Of a DNA stretch of 64,000 nt, positions 32,301 to 46,799 are shown piece by piece (position 1 is the first letter of the stretch; each line of letters opens with the position of its first letter). Made by a program: the position numbers and the translations under genes. The notes under the pieces were generated by a model, which was not told where the DNA came from, made no database searches, and saw only the letters and a program-made list of their open reading frames with translations. Source of the DNA: Eledone cirrhosa (lineage: Eukaryota); contig OZ024743.1 in assembly GCA_964016885.1 (NCBI GenBank), positions 142,662,001 to 142,726,000 on the forward strand, read 5' to 3'.

Positions 32301-34240
32301 ACACCAAGCACCAAGCAGCAATCACCAAACACCAAGCACCAAGCACCAAGAACCAAGCACCAAACACCAAGCACCAAGCACCAAACACCAAAACCCAAGC
32401 ACCAAAGACCAAGCACCAAGCACCAAGGACCAAACACCAAGCACCAAGCACCAAGCACCAAACACCAAGCACCAAGCACCAAACACCCAGCACCAAGCAC
32501 CAAGCACCAAACACCAAGCACCAAGCACAAAACACCAAACACCAAACACCAAGCACCAAGCACCAAACAGCAAGCACCAAACACCAAACAGCAAACAGCA
32601 AACGCCAAACACCAAACACCAAGCACCAAGCACCAAACACCAAGCACCAATCACCAAACACCAAGCACCAAGCACCAAGCACCAAACCCCAAGCACCAAA
32701 CACCAAACCGCAAGCACCAAGCACCAAACACTAATCACCAAGCACCAAGCACCAAACAACAAGCACCAAGCACCAAGCACCAGGCACCAAGCACCAATCA
32801 CCAAACACAAAACACCAAGCACCAAGCACCAAGCAGCAAACACCAAGCATCAAACACCAAACACCAAACACCAAGCACCAAACACCAAGCACCAAGCACC
32901 AAACACCAAACACCAAGCACCAAACACCAAACATCAAGCACCAAACACCAGATACCAAGCACCAAGCACCAAGCACCAAACACCAAACACCAAGCACCAA
33001 GCGTCAAACACCAAACAACAAGCACCAGGCACCGAGCTCCAAACACCAAACACCAAGCACCAAGCACCAAACACCAAACACCAAGCACGCAGCATCAAAC
33101 ACCAATCACCAAGCACCAAGCACCAAGCACCAAGTACCAAACACCAAACACCAAGCACCAATCACCAAACACCAAGCACCAAGCACCAAGCACGAAACAC
33201 CAGGCACCAAGCACCAAGCACCAAACTTCAAACACCAAGCACCAAACACCAGCCACCAAGCACCAAGCACCAAACACCAAACACCAAGCACTAAGCACCA
33301 AACACCAAACAACAAGCACCAGGCACCAAGCACCAAACACCAAACACCAAGCACGCAGCACCAAACACCAAGCACCAAGCACCAAGCACCAAACACCAAG
33401 CACCAAACACCAAGCACCAAGAACCAAACACCAAACACCAAACAGCAAGCACTAAGCACCAAACACCAAGCCCCAAACACCAAACCCCAAGCACCAATCA
33501 CCAAACACTAATCACCAAGCACCAAGCACCAAACACCAAGCACCAAGCAGCAAGCACCAAACACCAAGCACCAAGCACCAAGCACCAAGCACCAAACACC
33601 AAGCACCAAGCACCAAACACCAAAACCCAAGCACCAAAGACCATGCACCAAGCACCAAGGACCAAACACCAAGCACCCATCACCAAGCACCAAACACCTA
33701 ACACCAAGCACCAAGCACCAAGCACCAAGCACCAAACACCAAACACCAAGCACTAAGAACCTAACATCAAACACCAATCACCAAGCACCAAACACCTAAC
33801 ACCAAGCACCAAGCACCAAGCACCAAGCACCAAACACCAAGCACCAAACACAAAGCACCAAGCACCAAACACCAAGCACCAAGCACCAAACACCTAACAC
33901 CAAGCACCAAGCACCAAGCACCAAGCACCAAACACCAAACACCAAGCACCAAGCACCAAACACCAAACACCAAGCACCAAGAACCTAACATCAAACAACA
34001 ATCACCAAGCACCAAACACCTAACACCAAGCACCAAGCACCAAGCACTAAGCACCAAGCACTAATCACCAAGCACCAAGCACCAAACACCAAGCACGCAG
34101 CACCAAACACCAAGCACCAAGCACCAAGCACCAAACACCAAGCACCAAGCACAAAGCACCAGACACCAAACACCAAACAGCAAGCACCAAGCACCAAACA
34201 CCAAGCACCAAACAGCAAACCCCAAGCACCAATCACCAAA
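26380..34240. repeat. Higher-order repeat of 3843 bp (549 monomers), 2 copies, itself a dimer of ~2.05-kb and ~1.8-kb subunits
   Basis: cactaat 26821/30664, 28431/32274 and 29663/33506, plus the private variant gaccattaacc ~27738/~31581. Internal sub-period: 26821/28886 (2065) and 27605/29663 (2058). Confidence 0.92.
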
Positions 34241-37200
34241 CACTAATCACCAAGCACCAAGCACCAAACACCAAGCACCAAGCAGCAATCACCAAACACC
34301 AAGCACCAAGCACCAAGAACCAAGCACCAAACACCAAGCACCAAGCACCAAACACCAAAACCCAAGCACCAAAGACCAAGCACCAAGCACCAAGGACCAA
34401 ACACCAAGCACCAAGCACCAAGCACCAAACACCAAGCACCAAGCACCAAACACCCAGCACCAAGCACCAAGCACCAAACACCAAGCACCAAGCACAAAAC
34501 ACCAAACACCAAACACCAAGCACCAAGCACCAAACAGCAAGCACCAATCAGCAAACAGCAAACAGCAAACACCAAACACCAAACACCAAGCACCAAGCAC
34601 CAAACACCAAGCACCAAGCACCAAACACCAAGCACCAAGCACCAAGCACCAAAACCCAAGCACCAAACACCAAACCGCAAGCACCAAGCACCAAACACTA
34701 ATCACCAAGCACCAAGCACCAAACAACAAGCACCAAGCACCAAGCACCAGGCACCAAGCACCAATCACCAAACACAAAACACCAAACACCAAGCACCAAG
34801 CGCCAAACACCAAACACCAAGCACCAAGCACCAAACACCAAGCACCAAGCACCAAGCACCAAAACCCAAGCACCAAACACCAAACCGCAAGCACCAAGCA
34901 CCAAACACTAATCACCAAGCACCAAGCACCAAACACCAAACATCAAGCACCAAACACCAAACAGCAAACAGCAAACGCCAAACACCAAACACCAAGCACC
35001 AAGCACCAAACACCAAGCACCAATCACCAAACACCAAGCACCAAGCACCAAGCACCAAACCCCAAGCACCAAACACCAAACCGCAAGCACCAAGCACCAA
35101 ACACTAATCACCAAGCACCAAGCACCAAACAACAAGCACCAAGCACCAAGCACCAGGCACCAAGCACCAATCACCAAACACAAAACACCAAGCACCAAGC
35201 ACCAAGCAGCAAACACCAAGCATCAAACACCAAACACCAAACACCAAGCACCAAACACCAAGCACCAAGCACCAAACACCAAACACCAAGCACCAAACAC
35301 CAAACATCAAGCACCAAACACCAGATACCAAGCACCAAGCACCAAGCACCAAACACCAAACACCAAGCACCAAGCGCCAAACACCAAACAACAAGCACCA
35401 GGCACCGAGCTCCAAACACCAAACACCAAGCACCAAGCACCAAACACCAAACACCAAGCACGCAGCATCAAACACCAATCACCAAGCACCAAGCACCAAG
35501 CACCAAGTACCAAACACCAAACACCAAGCACCAATCACCAAACACCAAGCACCAAGCACCAAGCACGAAACACCAGGCACCAAGCACCAAGCACCAAACT
35601 TCAAACACCAAGCACCAAACACCAGCCACCAAGCACCAAGCACCAAACACCAAACACCAAGCACTAAGCACCAAACACCAAACAACAAGCACCAGGCACC
35701 AAGCACCAAACACCAAACACCAAGCACGCAGCACCAAACACCAAGCACCAAGCACCAAGCACCAAACACCAAGCACCAAACACCAAGCACCAAGAACCAA
35801 ACACCAAACACCAAACAGCAAGCACTAAGCACCAAACACCAAGCCCCAAACACCAAACCCCAAGCACCAATCACCAAACACTAATCACCAAGCACCAAGC
35901 ACCAAACACCAAGCACCAAGCAGCAAGCACCAAACACCAAGCACCAAGCACCAAGCACCAAGCACCAAACACCAAGCACCAAGCACCAAACACCAAAACC
36001 CAAGCACCAAAGACCATGCACCAAGCACCAAGGACCAAACACCAAGCACCCATCACCAAGCACCAAACACCTAACACCAAGCACCAAGCACCAAGCACCA
36101 AGCACCAAACACCAAACACCAAGCACTAAGAACCTAACATCAAACACCAATCACCAAGCACCAAACACCTAACACCAAGCACCAAGCACCAAGCACCAAG
36201 CACCAAACACCAAGCACCAAACACAAAGCACCAAGCACCAAACACCAAGCACCAAGCACCAAACACCTAACACCAAGCACCAAGCACCAAGCACCAAGCA
36301 CCAAGCACCAAACACCAAACACCAAGCACCAAGCACCAAACACCAAACACCAAGCACCAAGAACCTAACATCAAACAACAATCACCAAGCACCAAACACC
36401 TAACACCAAGCACCAAGCACCAAGCACTAAGCACCAAGCACTAATCACCAAGCACCAAGCACCAAACACCAAGCACGCAGCACCAAACACCAAGCACCAA
36501 GCACCAAGCACCAAACACCAAGCACCAAGCACAAAGCACCAGACACCAAACACCAAACAGCAAGCACCAAGCACCAAACACCAAGCACCAAACAGCAAAC
36601 CCCAAGCACCAATCACCAAACACTAATCACCAAGCACCAAGCACCAAACACCAAGCACCAAGCAGCAATCACCAAACACCAAGCACCAAGCACCAAGAAC
36701 CAAGCACCAAACACCAAGCACCAAGCACCAAACACCAAAACCCAAGCACCAAAGACCAAGCACCAAGCACCAAGGACCAAACACCAAGCACCAAGCACCA
36801 AGCACCAAACACCAAGCACCAAGCACCAAACACCCAGCACCAAGCACCAAGCACCAAACACCAAGCACCAAGCACAAAACACCAAACACCAAACACCAAG
36901 CACCAAGCACCAAACAGCAAGCACCAATCAGCAAACAGCAAACAGCAAACACCAAACACCAAACACCAAGCACCAAGCACCAAACACCAAGCACCAAGCA
37001 CCAAACACCAAGCACCAAGCACCAAGCACCAAAACCCAAGCACCAAACACCAAACCGCAAGCACCAAGCACCAAACACTAATCACCAAGCACCAAGCACC
37101 AAACAACAAGCACCAAGCACCAAGCACCAGGCACCAAGCACCAATCACCAAACACAAAACACCAAACACCAAGCACCAAGCGCCAAACACCAAACACCAA

Positions 37201-37290
37201 GCACCAAGCACCAAACACCAAGCACCAAGCACCAAAACCCAAGCACCAAACACCAAACCGCAAGCACCAAGCACCAAACACTAATCACCA
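32600..37290. repeat. Tandem duplication, unit 2373-2380 bp (339-340 monomers)
   Basis: cactaat 32729/35102, 33506/35879, 34241/36621 and 34696/37076, plus the private variant caccaatcagcaaa ~34542/~36922. Identical ORFs 33498../35871.. and 34233../36613... Confidence 0.9.
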
Positions 37291-40200
37291 AGCACCAAGC
37301 ACCAAACACCAAACATCAAGCACCAAACACCAGATACCAAGCACCAAGCACCAAGCACCAAACACCAAACACCAAGCACCAAGCGCCAAACACCAAACAA
37401 CAAGCACCAGGCACCGAGCTCCAAACGCCAAACACCAAGCACAAAGCACCAAACACCAAACACCAAGCAGGCAGCATCAAATACCAAGCACCAAACACCA
37501 AGCACCAAGCACCAAGCACCAAGTACCAAACACCAAACACCAAGCACCAAACACCAAACACCAAGCACCAAGCACCAAGCACGAAACACCAGGCATCAAG
37601 CACCAAGCACCAAACTCCAAACACCAAGCACCAAACACCAGCCACCAAGCACCAAGCACCAAACACCAAACACCAAGCACTAAGCACCAAACACCAAACA
37701 ACAAGCACCAGGCACCAAGCACCGAACACCAAACACCAAGCACGCAGCACCAAACACCAAGCACCAAGCACCAAGCACCAAACACCAAGCACCAAGCACC
37801 AAGCACCAAACACCAAACACCAAACACCAAGCACCAAGAACCAAACACCAAACACCAAACAGCAAGCACTAAGCACCAAACACCAAGCCCCAAACACCAA
37901 ACCCCAAGCACCAATCACCAAACACTACTCACCAAGCACCAAGCACCAAACACCAAGCACCAAGCAGCAAGCACCAAACACCAAGCACCAAGCACCAAGC
38001 ACCAAGCACCAAACACCAAGCACCAAGCACCAAACACCAAAACCTAAGCACCAAAGACCATGCACCAAGCACCAAGGACCAAACACCAAGCACCAATCAC
38101 CAAGCACCAAACACCAAGCACCAAGCACCAAACACCCAGCACCAAGCACCAAGCACCAAACACCAAGCACCAAACACCATACACCAAGCACCAAGCACCA
38201 AACAGCAAGCACCAAACACCAAACACCAAACAGCAAACACCAAACAGCAAACACCAAACACCAAACAGCAAACAGGAAACGCCAAACACCAAGCACCAAG
38301 CACCAAGCACCAAACACCAACCACCAAGCACCAAGCACACAACACCAAACACCAAGCACCAAGGACCAAACATCAAACACCAAGCACCAAGCACCAAACA
38401 CCAAACACCAAGCACCAAGCACCAAGCACCAAGCACCGAACACCAAGTACCAAACACCAAACACCAAACACCAAGCATCAAACACCAAACACCAAGCACC
38501 AGGCACCAAGCACCAAACACCAAGCACCAAACACCAAGCACCAAGCACCAAACACTAATCACCAAGCACCAAGCACCAAACAACAAGCACCAAGCACCAA
38601 GCACCAGTCACCAAGCACCAAGCACCAAACACAAAACACCAAGCACCAAGCACCACACACCAAGCATCAAACACCAAACACCAAATACCAAGCACCAAAC
38701 ACCAAACACCAAGCACTAAGCACCAAGCACCAAACTCCATGCACCCAGCACCAAACACCAAACACCAAGCACCAAGCACCAAACACCAAACACCAAGCAC
38801 CAAGCACCAAGCACCAAACACCAAACACCAAGCACCAAACACCAGACACCAAGCAGCAAACACCAAACACCAAGCACCAATCACCAAACACCATACAACA
38901 AGCACCAGGCACCTAGCACCAAACATGAAACACCAAGCACGAAGCACCAAACACCAAGCACCAAGCACCAAACGCCAAACACCAAGCACCAAGCACCAAG
39001 CACCAAACACCAAACACCAAACACCAAACACCAAACACCAAACAGCAAAAACCAAATACGAAACAGCAAACACCATACAGCAAACACCAAACACCAAAAA
39101 GCAGACAGCAAACAGCAAACACCAAACACCAAACACCAAGCACCAAGCACCAACCACCAAACCCCAAGCACCAATCACGAAGCACCAAGCACCAAGCGCC
39201 AAACACCAAACACCATGCACCAAAGACCAAGCACCAAGCACCAAGCACCAAACAACAAGCACCAAGCACCAAGCACCAAACACCAAGCACCAAGCACCAA
39301 ACACCAACCACCCAGCACCAAGCACCAAGCACCATACACCAAGCACCAAACACCAAACACCAAACACCAGGCACCAAGCACCAAGCACCAACTACCAAGC
39401 CCCAAGCAGAAGCACCAAACACCAAGCACCAAGCACCAAACACCAAGCCCCAAGCACCAAGCACCAAACACCAAACACCAAGCACCAAGCACCAAACACG
39501 AAACACCAAGCACCAAACACCAAACACCAAGCACCAAGGACCCAACGTCAAACACCAAGCACCAAGCACCAAACACCAAACACCAAGCCCCAAGCACCAA
39601 GCACCAAGCACCGAACACCAAGCCCCAAACACCAAGCACCAAACACCAAGCACCAAACACCAAGCACCAAACACCAAACACTAAGTCCCATGCACCAAGC
39701 ACCAAACACCAAACAGCAAGCACCAAGCACCAAACACCAAGCACCAAGCACCAAGCCCCTAGCACCAAACACCAAACACCAAGCACCAAGCACAAAACAC
39801 CAAGCACCAATCACCAAGCACCAAACACCAAGCAGCAAGCAGCAAGCACCAAACACCAAACACCAAGCACCAAGCAACAAACACCAAACACCAAGCACCA
39901 AGGACCAAACATCAAACACCAAGCACCAAGCACCAAACACCTAACACCAAGCACCAAGCACCAAGCACCAAACACCAAGCACCAAACACCAAGCACCAAG
40001 CACCAAACACCAAGCACCAAGCACCAAGCACCAAGCACCAAGCACCAAACACCAAGCACCAAGCACCAAACACCAAACCCCAAGCACCAAACATCAAACC
40101 GCAAGCACCAAGCACCAAACACTAATCACCAAGCACCAAGCACCAAACAACAAGCACCAAGCACCAAGCACCAGGCACCAAGCACCAAGCACCAAACACA

Positions 40201-43089
40201 AAACACCAAGCACCAAGCACCAAGCAGCAAACACCAAGCATCAAACACCAAACACCAAACACCAAGCACCAAACACCAAGCACCAAGCACCAAACACCAA
40301 ACACCAAGCACCAAGCACCAAGCACCAAACACCAGACATCAAGCACCAAACACCAGATACCAAGCACCAAGCACCAAGCACCAAACACCAAACAACAAGC
40401 AGCAGGCACCAAGCTCCAAACACCAAACACCAAGCACCAAGCACCAAACACCAAACACCAAGCACGCAACATCAAACACCAAGCACCAAACACCAAGCAC
40501 CAAGCACCAAGCACCAAGTACCAAACACCAAACACCAAGCACCAAACACCAAACACCAAGCACCAAGCACCAAGCACGAAACACCAGGCACCAAGCACCA
40601 AGCACCAAACTCCAAACACCAAGCACCAAGCACCAGCCACCAAGCACCAAGCACCAAACACCAAACACCAAGCACTAAGCACCAAACAACAAGCACCAGG
40701 CACCAAGCACCAAACACCAAACACCAAGCACGCAGCACCAAACACCAAGCACCAAGCACCAAGCACCAAACACCAAGCACCAAGCACCAAACACCAAACA
40801 CCAAACACCAAGCACCAAGAACCAAACAACAAACACCAAACAGCAAGCACCAAGCACCAAACACCAAGCACCAAACAGCAAACCCCAAGCACCAATAACC
40901 AAACACTAGTCACCAAGCACCAAGCACCAAACACCAAGCACCAAGCAGCAATCACCAAACACCAAGCACCAAGCACCAAGAACCAAGCACCAAACACCAA
41001 GCACCAAACACCAAAACCCAAGCACCAAAGACCAAGCACCAAGCACCAAGGACCAAACACCAAGCACCAAGCACCAAGCACCAAACACCAAGCACCAAGC
41101 ACCAAACACCCAGCACCAAGCACCAAGCACCAAACACCAAGCACCAAACACCAAACACCAAGCACCAAGCACCAAACAGCAAGCACCAAACACCAAACAC
41201 CAAACAGCAAACACCAAACAGCAAACACCAACCACCAAACAGCAAACAGCAAACGCCAAACACCAAGCACCAAGCACCAAGCACCAAACACCAAGCACCA
41301 AGCACCAAGCACACAACACCAAACACCAAGCACCAAGGACGAAACATCAAACACCAAGCACCAAGCACCAAACACCAAACCCCAAGCACCAAACACCAAA
41401 CCACAAGCACCAAGCACCAAACACTAATCACCAGCACCAAGCACCAAACAACAAGCACCAAGCACCAAGCACCAGGCACCAAGCACCAAGCACCAAACAC
41501 CAAGCACCAAGCACCAAGCCCCTAGCACCAAACACCAAGCAGCAAGCAGCCAGCAGCAAACACCAAGCATCAAACACCAAGCACCAAACACCAAGCACCA
41601 AACACCAAGCACCATGCACCAAACACCAAACACTAAGCACCAAACACCAAACATCAAGCACCTAACACCAGATACCAAGCACCAAGCACCAAGCACCAAA
41701 CACCAAACACCAAGCACCAAGCGCCAAACACCAAACAACAAGCACCAGGCACCAAGCTCCAAACACCAAACACCAAGCACCAAGCACCAAACACCAAACA
41801 CCAAGCACGCAGCATCAAACACCAAACAGAAAACACCAAGCACCAAGCACCAAGCAGCAAACACCAAGCATCAAACACCAAACACCAAACACCAAGCACC
41901 AAGCACCAAGCACCAAGCACCAAACACCAAACACCAAGCACCAAGCACCAAACACCAAACACCAAGCACCAAGAACCTAACATCAAACACCAATCACCAA
42001 GCACCAAACACCTAACACCAAGCACCAAGCACCAAGCACCAAGCACCAAACACCAAGCACCAAACACAAAGCACCAAGCACCAAACACCAAGCACCAAGC
42101 ACCAAACACCTAAAACCAAGCACCAAGCACCAAGCACCAAGCACCAAACACCAAACACCAAGCACCAAGCACCAAACACCAAACACCAAGCACCAAGAAC
42201 CTAACATCAAACACCAATCACCAAGCACCAAACACCTAACATCAAGCACCAAGCACCAAGCACCAAGCACCAAACACCAAGCACCAAACACAAAGCACCA
42301 AACACTAATCACCAAGCACCAAGCACCAAACACCAAGCACGCAGCACCAAACACCAAGCACCAAGCACCAAGCACCAAACACCAAGCACCAAACACCAAA
42401 CACCAGACACCAAACACCAAACACCAAGCACCAAGAACCAAACACCAAACACCAAACAGCAAGCACCAAGCACCAAACACCAAGCACCAAACAGCAAACC
42501 CCAAGCACCAATCACTAATCACCAAGCACCAAGCACCAAACACCAAGCACCAAGCAGCAATCACCAAACACCAAGCACCAAGCACCAAGAACCAAGCACC
42601 AAACACCAAGCACCAAGCACCAAACACCAAAACCCAAGCACCAAAGACCAAGCACCAAGCACCAAGGACCAAACACCAAGCACCAAGCACCAAGCACCAA
42701 ACACCAAGCACCAAGCACCAAACACACAGCACCAAGCACCAAGCACCAAACACCAAGCACCAGGCACAAAACACCAAACACCAAACACCAAGCACCAAGC
42801 ACCAAACAGCAAGCACCAAACAGCAAACAGCAAACAGCAAACGCCAAACACCAAACACCAAGCACCAAGCACCAAACACCAAGCACCAAGCACCAAACAC
42901 CAAGCACCAAGCACCAAGCACCAAACCCCAAGCACCAAACACCAAACCGCAAGCACCAAGCACCAAACACTAATCACCAAGCACCAAGCACCAAACAACA
43001 AGCACCAAGCACCAAGCACCAGGCACCAAACACCAGATACCAAGCACCAAGCACCAAGCACCAAACACCAAACACCAAGCACCAAGCAC

Positions 43090-43950
43090 CAAACACCAAA
43101 CAACAAGCACCAGGCACCGAGCTCCAAACGCCAAACACCAAGCACCAAGCACCAAACACCAAACACCAAGCAGGCAGCATCAAACACCAAGCACCAAACA
43201 CCAAGCACCAAGCACCAAGCACCAAGTACCAAACACCAAACACCAAGCACCAAACACCAAACACCAAGCACCAAGCACCAAGCACGAAACACCAGGCACC
43301 AAGCACCAAGCACCAAACTCCAAACACCAAGCACCAAACACCAGCCACCAAGCACCAAGCACCAAACACCAAACACCAAGCACTAAGCACCAAACACCAA
43401 ACAACAAGCACCAGGCCCCAAGCACCAAACACCAAACACCAAGCACGCAGCACCAAACACCAAGCACCAAGCACCAAGCACCAAACACCAAGCACCAAGC
43501 ACCAAGCACCAAACACCAAACACCAAACACCAAGCACCAAGAACCAAACACCAAACACCAAACAGCAAGCACTAAGCACCAAACACCAAGCCCCAAACAC
43601 CAAACCCCAAGCACCAAGCGCCAAACACCAAACAACAAGCACCAGGCACCGAGCTCCAAACGCCAAACACCAAGCACCAAGCACCAAACACCAAACACCA
43701 AGCAGGCAGCATCAAACACCAAGCACCAAACACCAAGCACCAAGCACCAAGCACCAAGTACCAAACACCAAACACCAAGCACCAAACACCAAATACCAAG
43801 CACCAAGCACCAAGCACGAAACACCAGGCACCAAGCACCAAGCACCAAACTCCAAACACCAAGCACCAAACACCAGCCACCAAGCACCAAGCACCAAACA
43901 CCAAACACCAAGCACTAAGCACCAAACACCAAACAACAAGCACCAGGCAC
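43090..43950. repeat. Local duplication, offset 532 bp (76 monomers)
   Basis: caccgagctccaaacgcc...caggcagcatc at ~43115 and ~43647. ORF starts 43379/43911 differ by 532. Confidence 0.82.
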
Positions 43951-46600
43951 CAATCACCAAACACTACTAACCAAGCACCAAGCACCAAACACCAAGCACC
44001 AAACAGCAAGCACCAAACACCAAGCACCAAGCACCAAGCACCAAGCACCAAACACCAAGCACCAAGCACCAAACACCAAAACCCAAGCACCAAAGACCAT
44101 GCACCAAGCACCAAGGACCAAACACCAAGCACCAATCACCAAGCACCAAGCACCAAGCACCAAACACCCAGCACCAAGCACCAAGCACCAAACACCAAGC
44201 ATCAAACACCATACACCAAGCACCAAGCACCAAACAGCAAGCACCAAACACCAAACACCAAACAGCAAACACCAAACAGCAAACACCAAACACCAAACAG
44301 CAAACAGGAAACGCCAAACACCAAGCACCAAGCACCAAGCACCAAGCACAAACCACCAAGCACCAAGCACACAACACCAAACACCAAGCACCAAGGACCA
44401 AACATCAAACACCAAGCACCAAGCACCAAACACCAAACACCAAGCACCAAGCACCAAGCACCAAGCACCGAACACCAAGTACCAAACACCAAACACCAAA
44501 CACCAAGCATCAAACACCAAATACCAAGCACCAGGCACCAAGCACCAAACACCAAGCACCAAACACCAAGCACCAAGCACCAAACACTAATCACCAAGCA
44601 CCAAGCACCAGTCACCAAGCACCAAGCACCAAACACAAAACACCAAGCACCAAGCACCACACACCAAGCATCAAACACCAAACACCAAATACCAAGCACC
44701 AAACACCAAACACCAAGCACTAAGCACCAAGCACCAAACTCCATGCACCCAGCACCAAACACCAAACACCAAGCACCAAGCACCAAACACCAAACACCAA
44801 GCACCAAGCACCAAGCACCAAACACCAAACGCCAAGCACCAAACACCAGACACCAAGCAGCAAACACCAAACACCAAGCACCAAGCACCAAACACCATAC
44901 AACAAGCACCAGGCACCAAGCACCAAACACGAAACACCAAGCACGAAGCACCAAACACCAAGCACCAAGCACCAAAGGCCAAACACCAAGCACCAAGCAC
45001 CAAGCACCAAACACCAAACACCAAACACCAAACAGCAAACACCAAACACCAAACAGCAAAAACCAAATACGAAACAGCAAACACCATACACCAAACACCA
45101 AACACCAAAAAGCAGACACCAAACAGCAAACACCAAACACCAAACACCAAACACCAAACACCAAGCACCAAGCACCAACCACCAAACCCCAAGCACCAAA
45201 CACCAAATACCAAGCACCAGCACCAAGAACGAAACACCAGGCACCAAGCACCAAGCACCAAACTCCAAACACCAAGCACCAAACACCAGCCACCAAGCAC
45301 CAAGCACCAAACACCAAACACCAAGCACTAAGCACCAAACACCAAACAACAAGCACCAGGCACCAATCACCAAACACTACTAACCAAGCACCAAGCACCA
45401 AACACCAAGCACCAAGCAGCAAGCACCAAACACCAAGCACCAAGCACCAAGCACCAAGCACCAAACACCAAGCACCAAGCACCAAACACCAAAACCCAAG
45501 CACCAAAGACCATGCACCAAGCACCAAGGACCAAACACCAAGCACCAATCACCAAGCACCAAGCACCAAGCACCAAACACCCAGCACCAAGCACCAAGCA
45601 CCAAACACCAAGCATCAAACACCATACACCAAGCACCAAGCACCAAACAGCAAGCACCAAACACCAAACACCAAACAGCAAACACCAAACAGCAAACACC
45701 AAACACCAAACAGCAAACAGGAAACGCCAAACACCAAGCACCAAGCACCAAGCACCAAGCACAAACCACCAAGCACCAAGCACACAACACCAAACACCAA
45801 GCACCAAGGACCAAACATCAAACACCAAGCACCAAGCACCAAACACCAAACACCAAGCACCAAGCACCAAGCACCGAACACCAAGTACCAAACACCAAAC
45901 ACCAAACACCAAGCATCAAACACCAAATACCAAGCACCAGGCACCAAGCACCAAACACCAAGCACCAAACACCAAGCACCAAGCACCAAACACTAATCAC
46001 CAAGCACCAAGCACCAGTCACCAAGCACCAAGCACCAAACACAAAATACCAAGCACCAAGCACCACACACCAAGCATCAAACACCAAACACCAAATACCA
46101 AGCACCAAACACCAAACACCAAGCACTAAGCACCAAGCACCAAACTCCATGCACCCAGCACCAAACACCAAACACCAAGCACCAAGCACCAAACACCAAA
46201 CACCAAGCACCAAGCACCAAGCACCAAACACCAAACACCAAGCACCAAACACCAGACACCAAGCAGCAAACACCAAACACCAAGCACCAAGCACCAAACA
46301 CCATACAACAAGCACCAGACACCAAGCACCAAACACGAAACACCAAGCACGAAGCACCAAACACCAAGCACCAAGCACCAAACGCCAAACACCAAGCACC
46401 AATCACCAAGCACCAAACACCAAACACCAAACACCAAACAGCAAACACCAAACACCAAACAGCAAAAACCAAATACGAAACAGCAAACACCATACACCAA
46501 ACACCAAACACCAAAAAGCAGACACCAAACAGCAAACACCAAACACCAAACACCAAACACCAAACACCAAGCACCAAGCACCAACCACCAAACCCCAAGC
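43810..46600. repeat. Tandem duplication, unit ~1406-1413 bp
   Basis: Private variant cactactaacc at 43963/45376, caggaaacgcc ~44305/~45718, and ORF pairs 43954../45367.., 44099../45512.. and 44743../46149... Confidence 0.87.
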
Positions 46601-46799
46601 ACCAATCACGAAGCACCAAGCACCAAGCGCCAAACACCAAACACCATGCACCAAAGACCAAGCACCAAGCACCAAGCACCAAACAACAAGCACCAAGCAC
46701 CAAGCACCAAACACCAAGCACCAAGCACCAAACACCAACCACCCAGCACCAAGCACCAAGCACCATACACCAAGCACCAAACACCAAACACCAAACACC

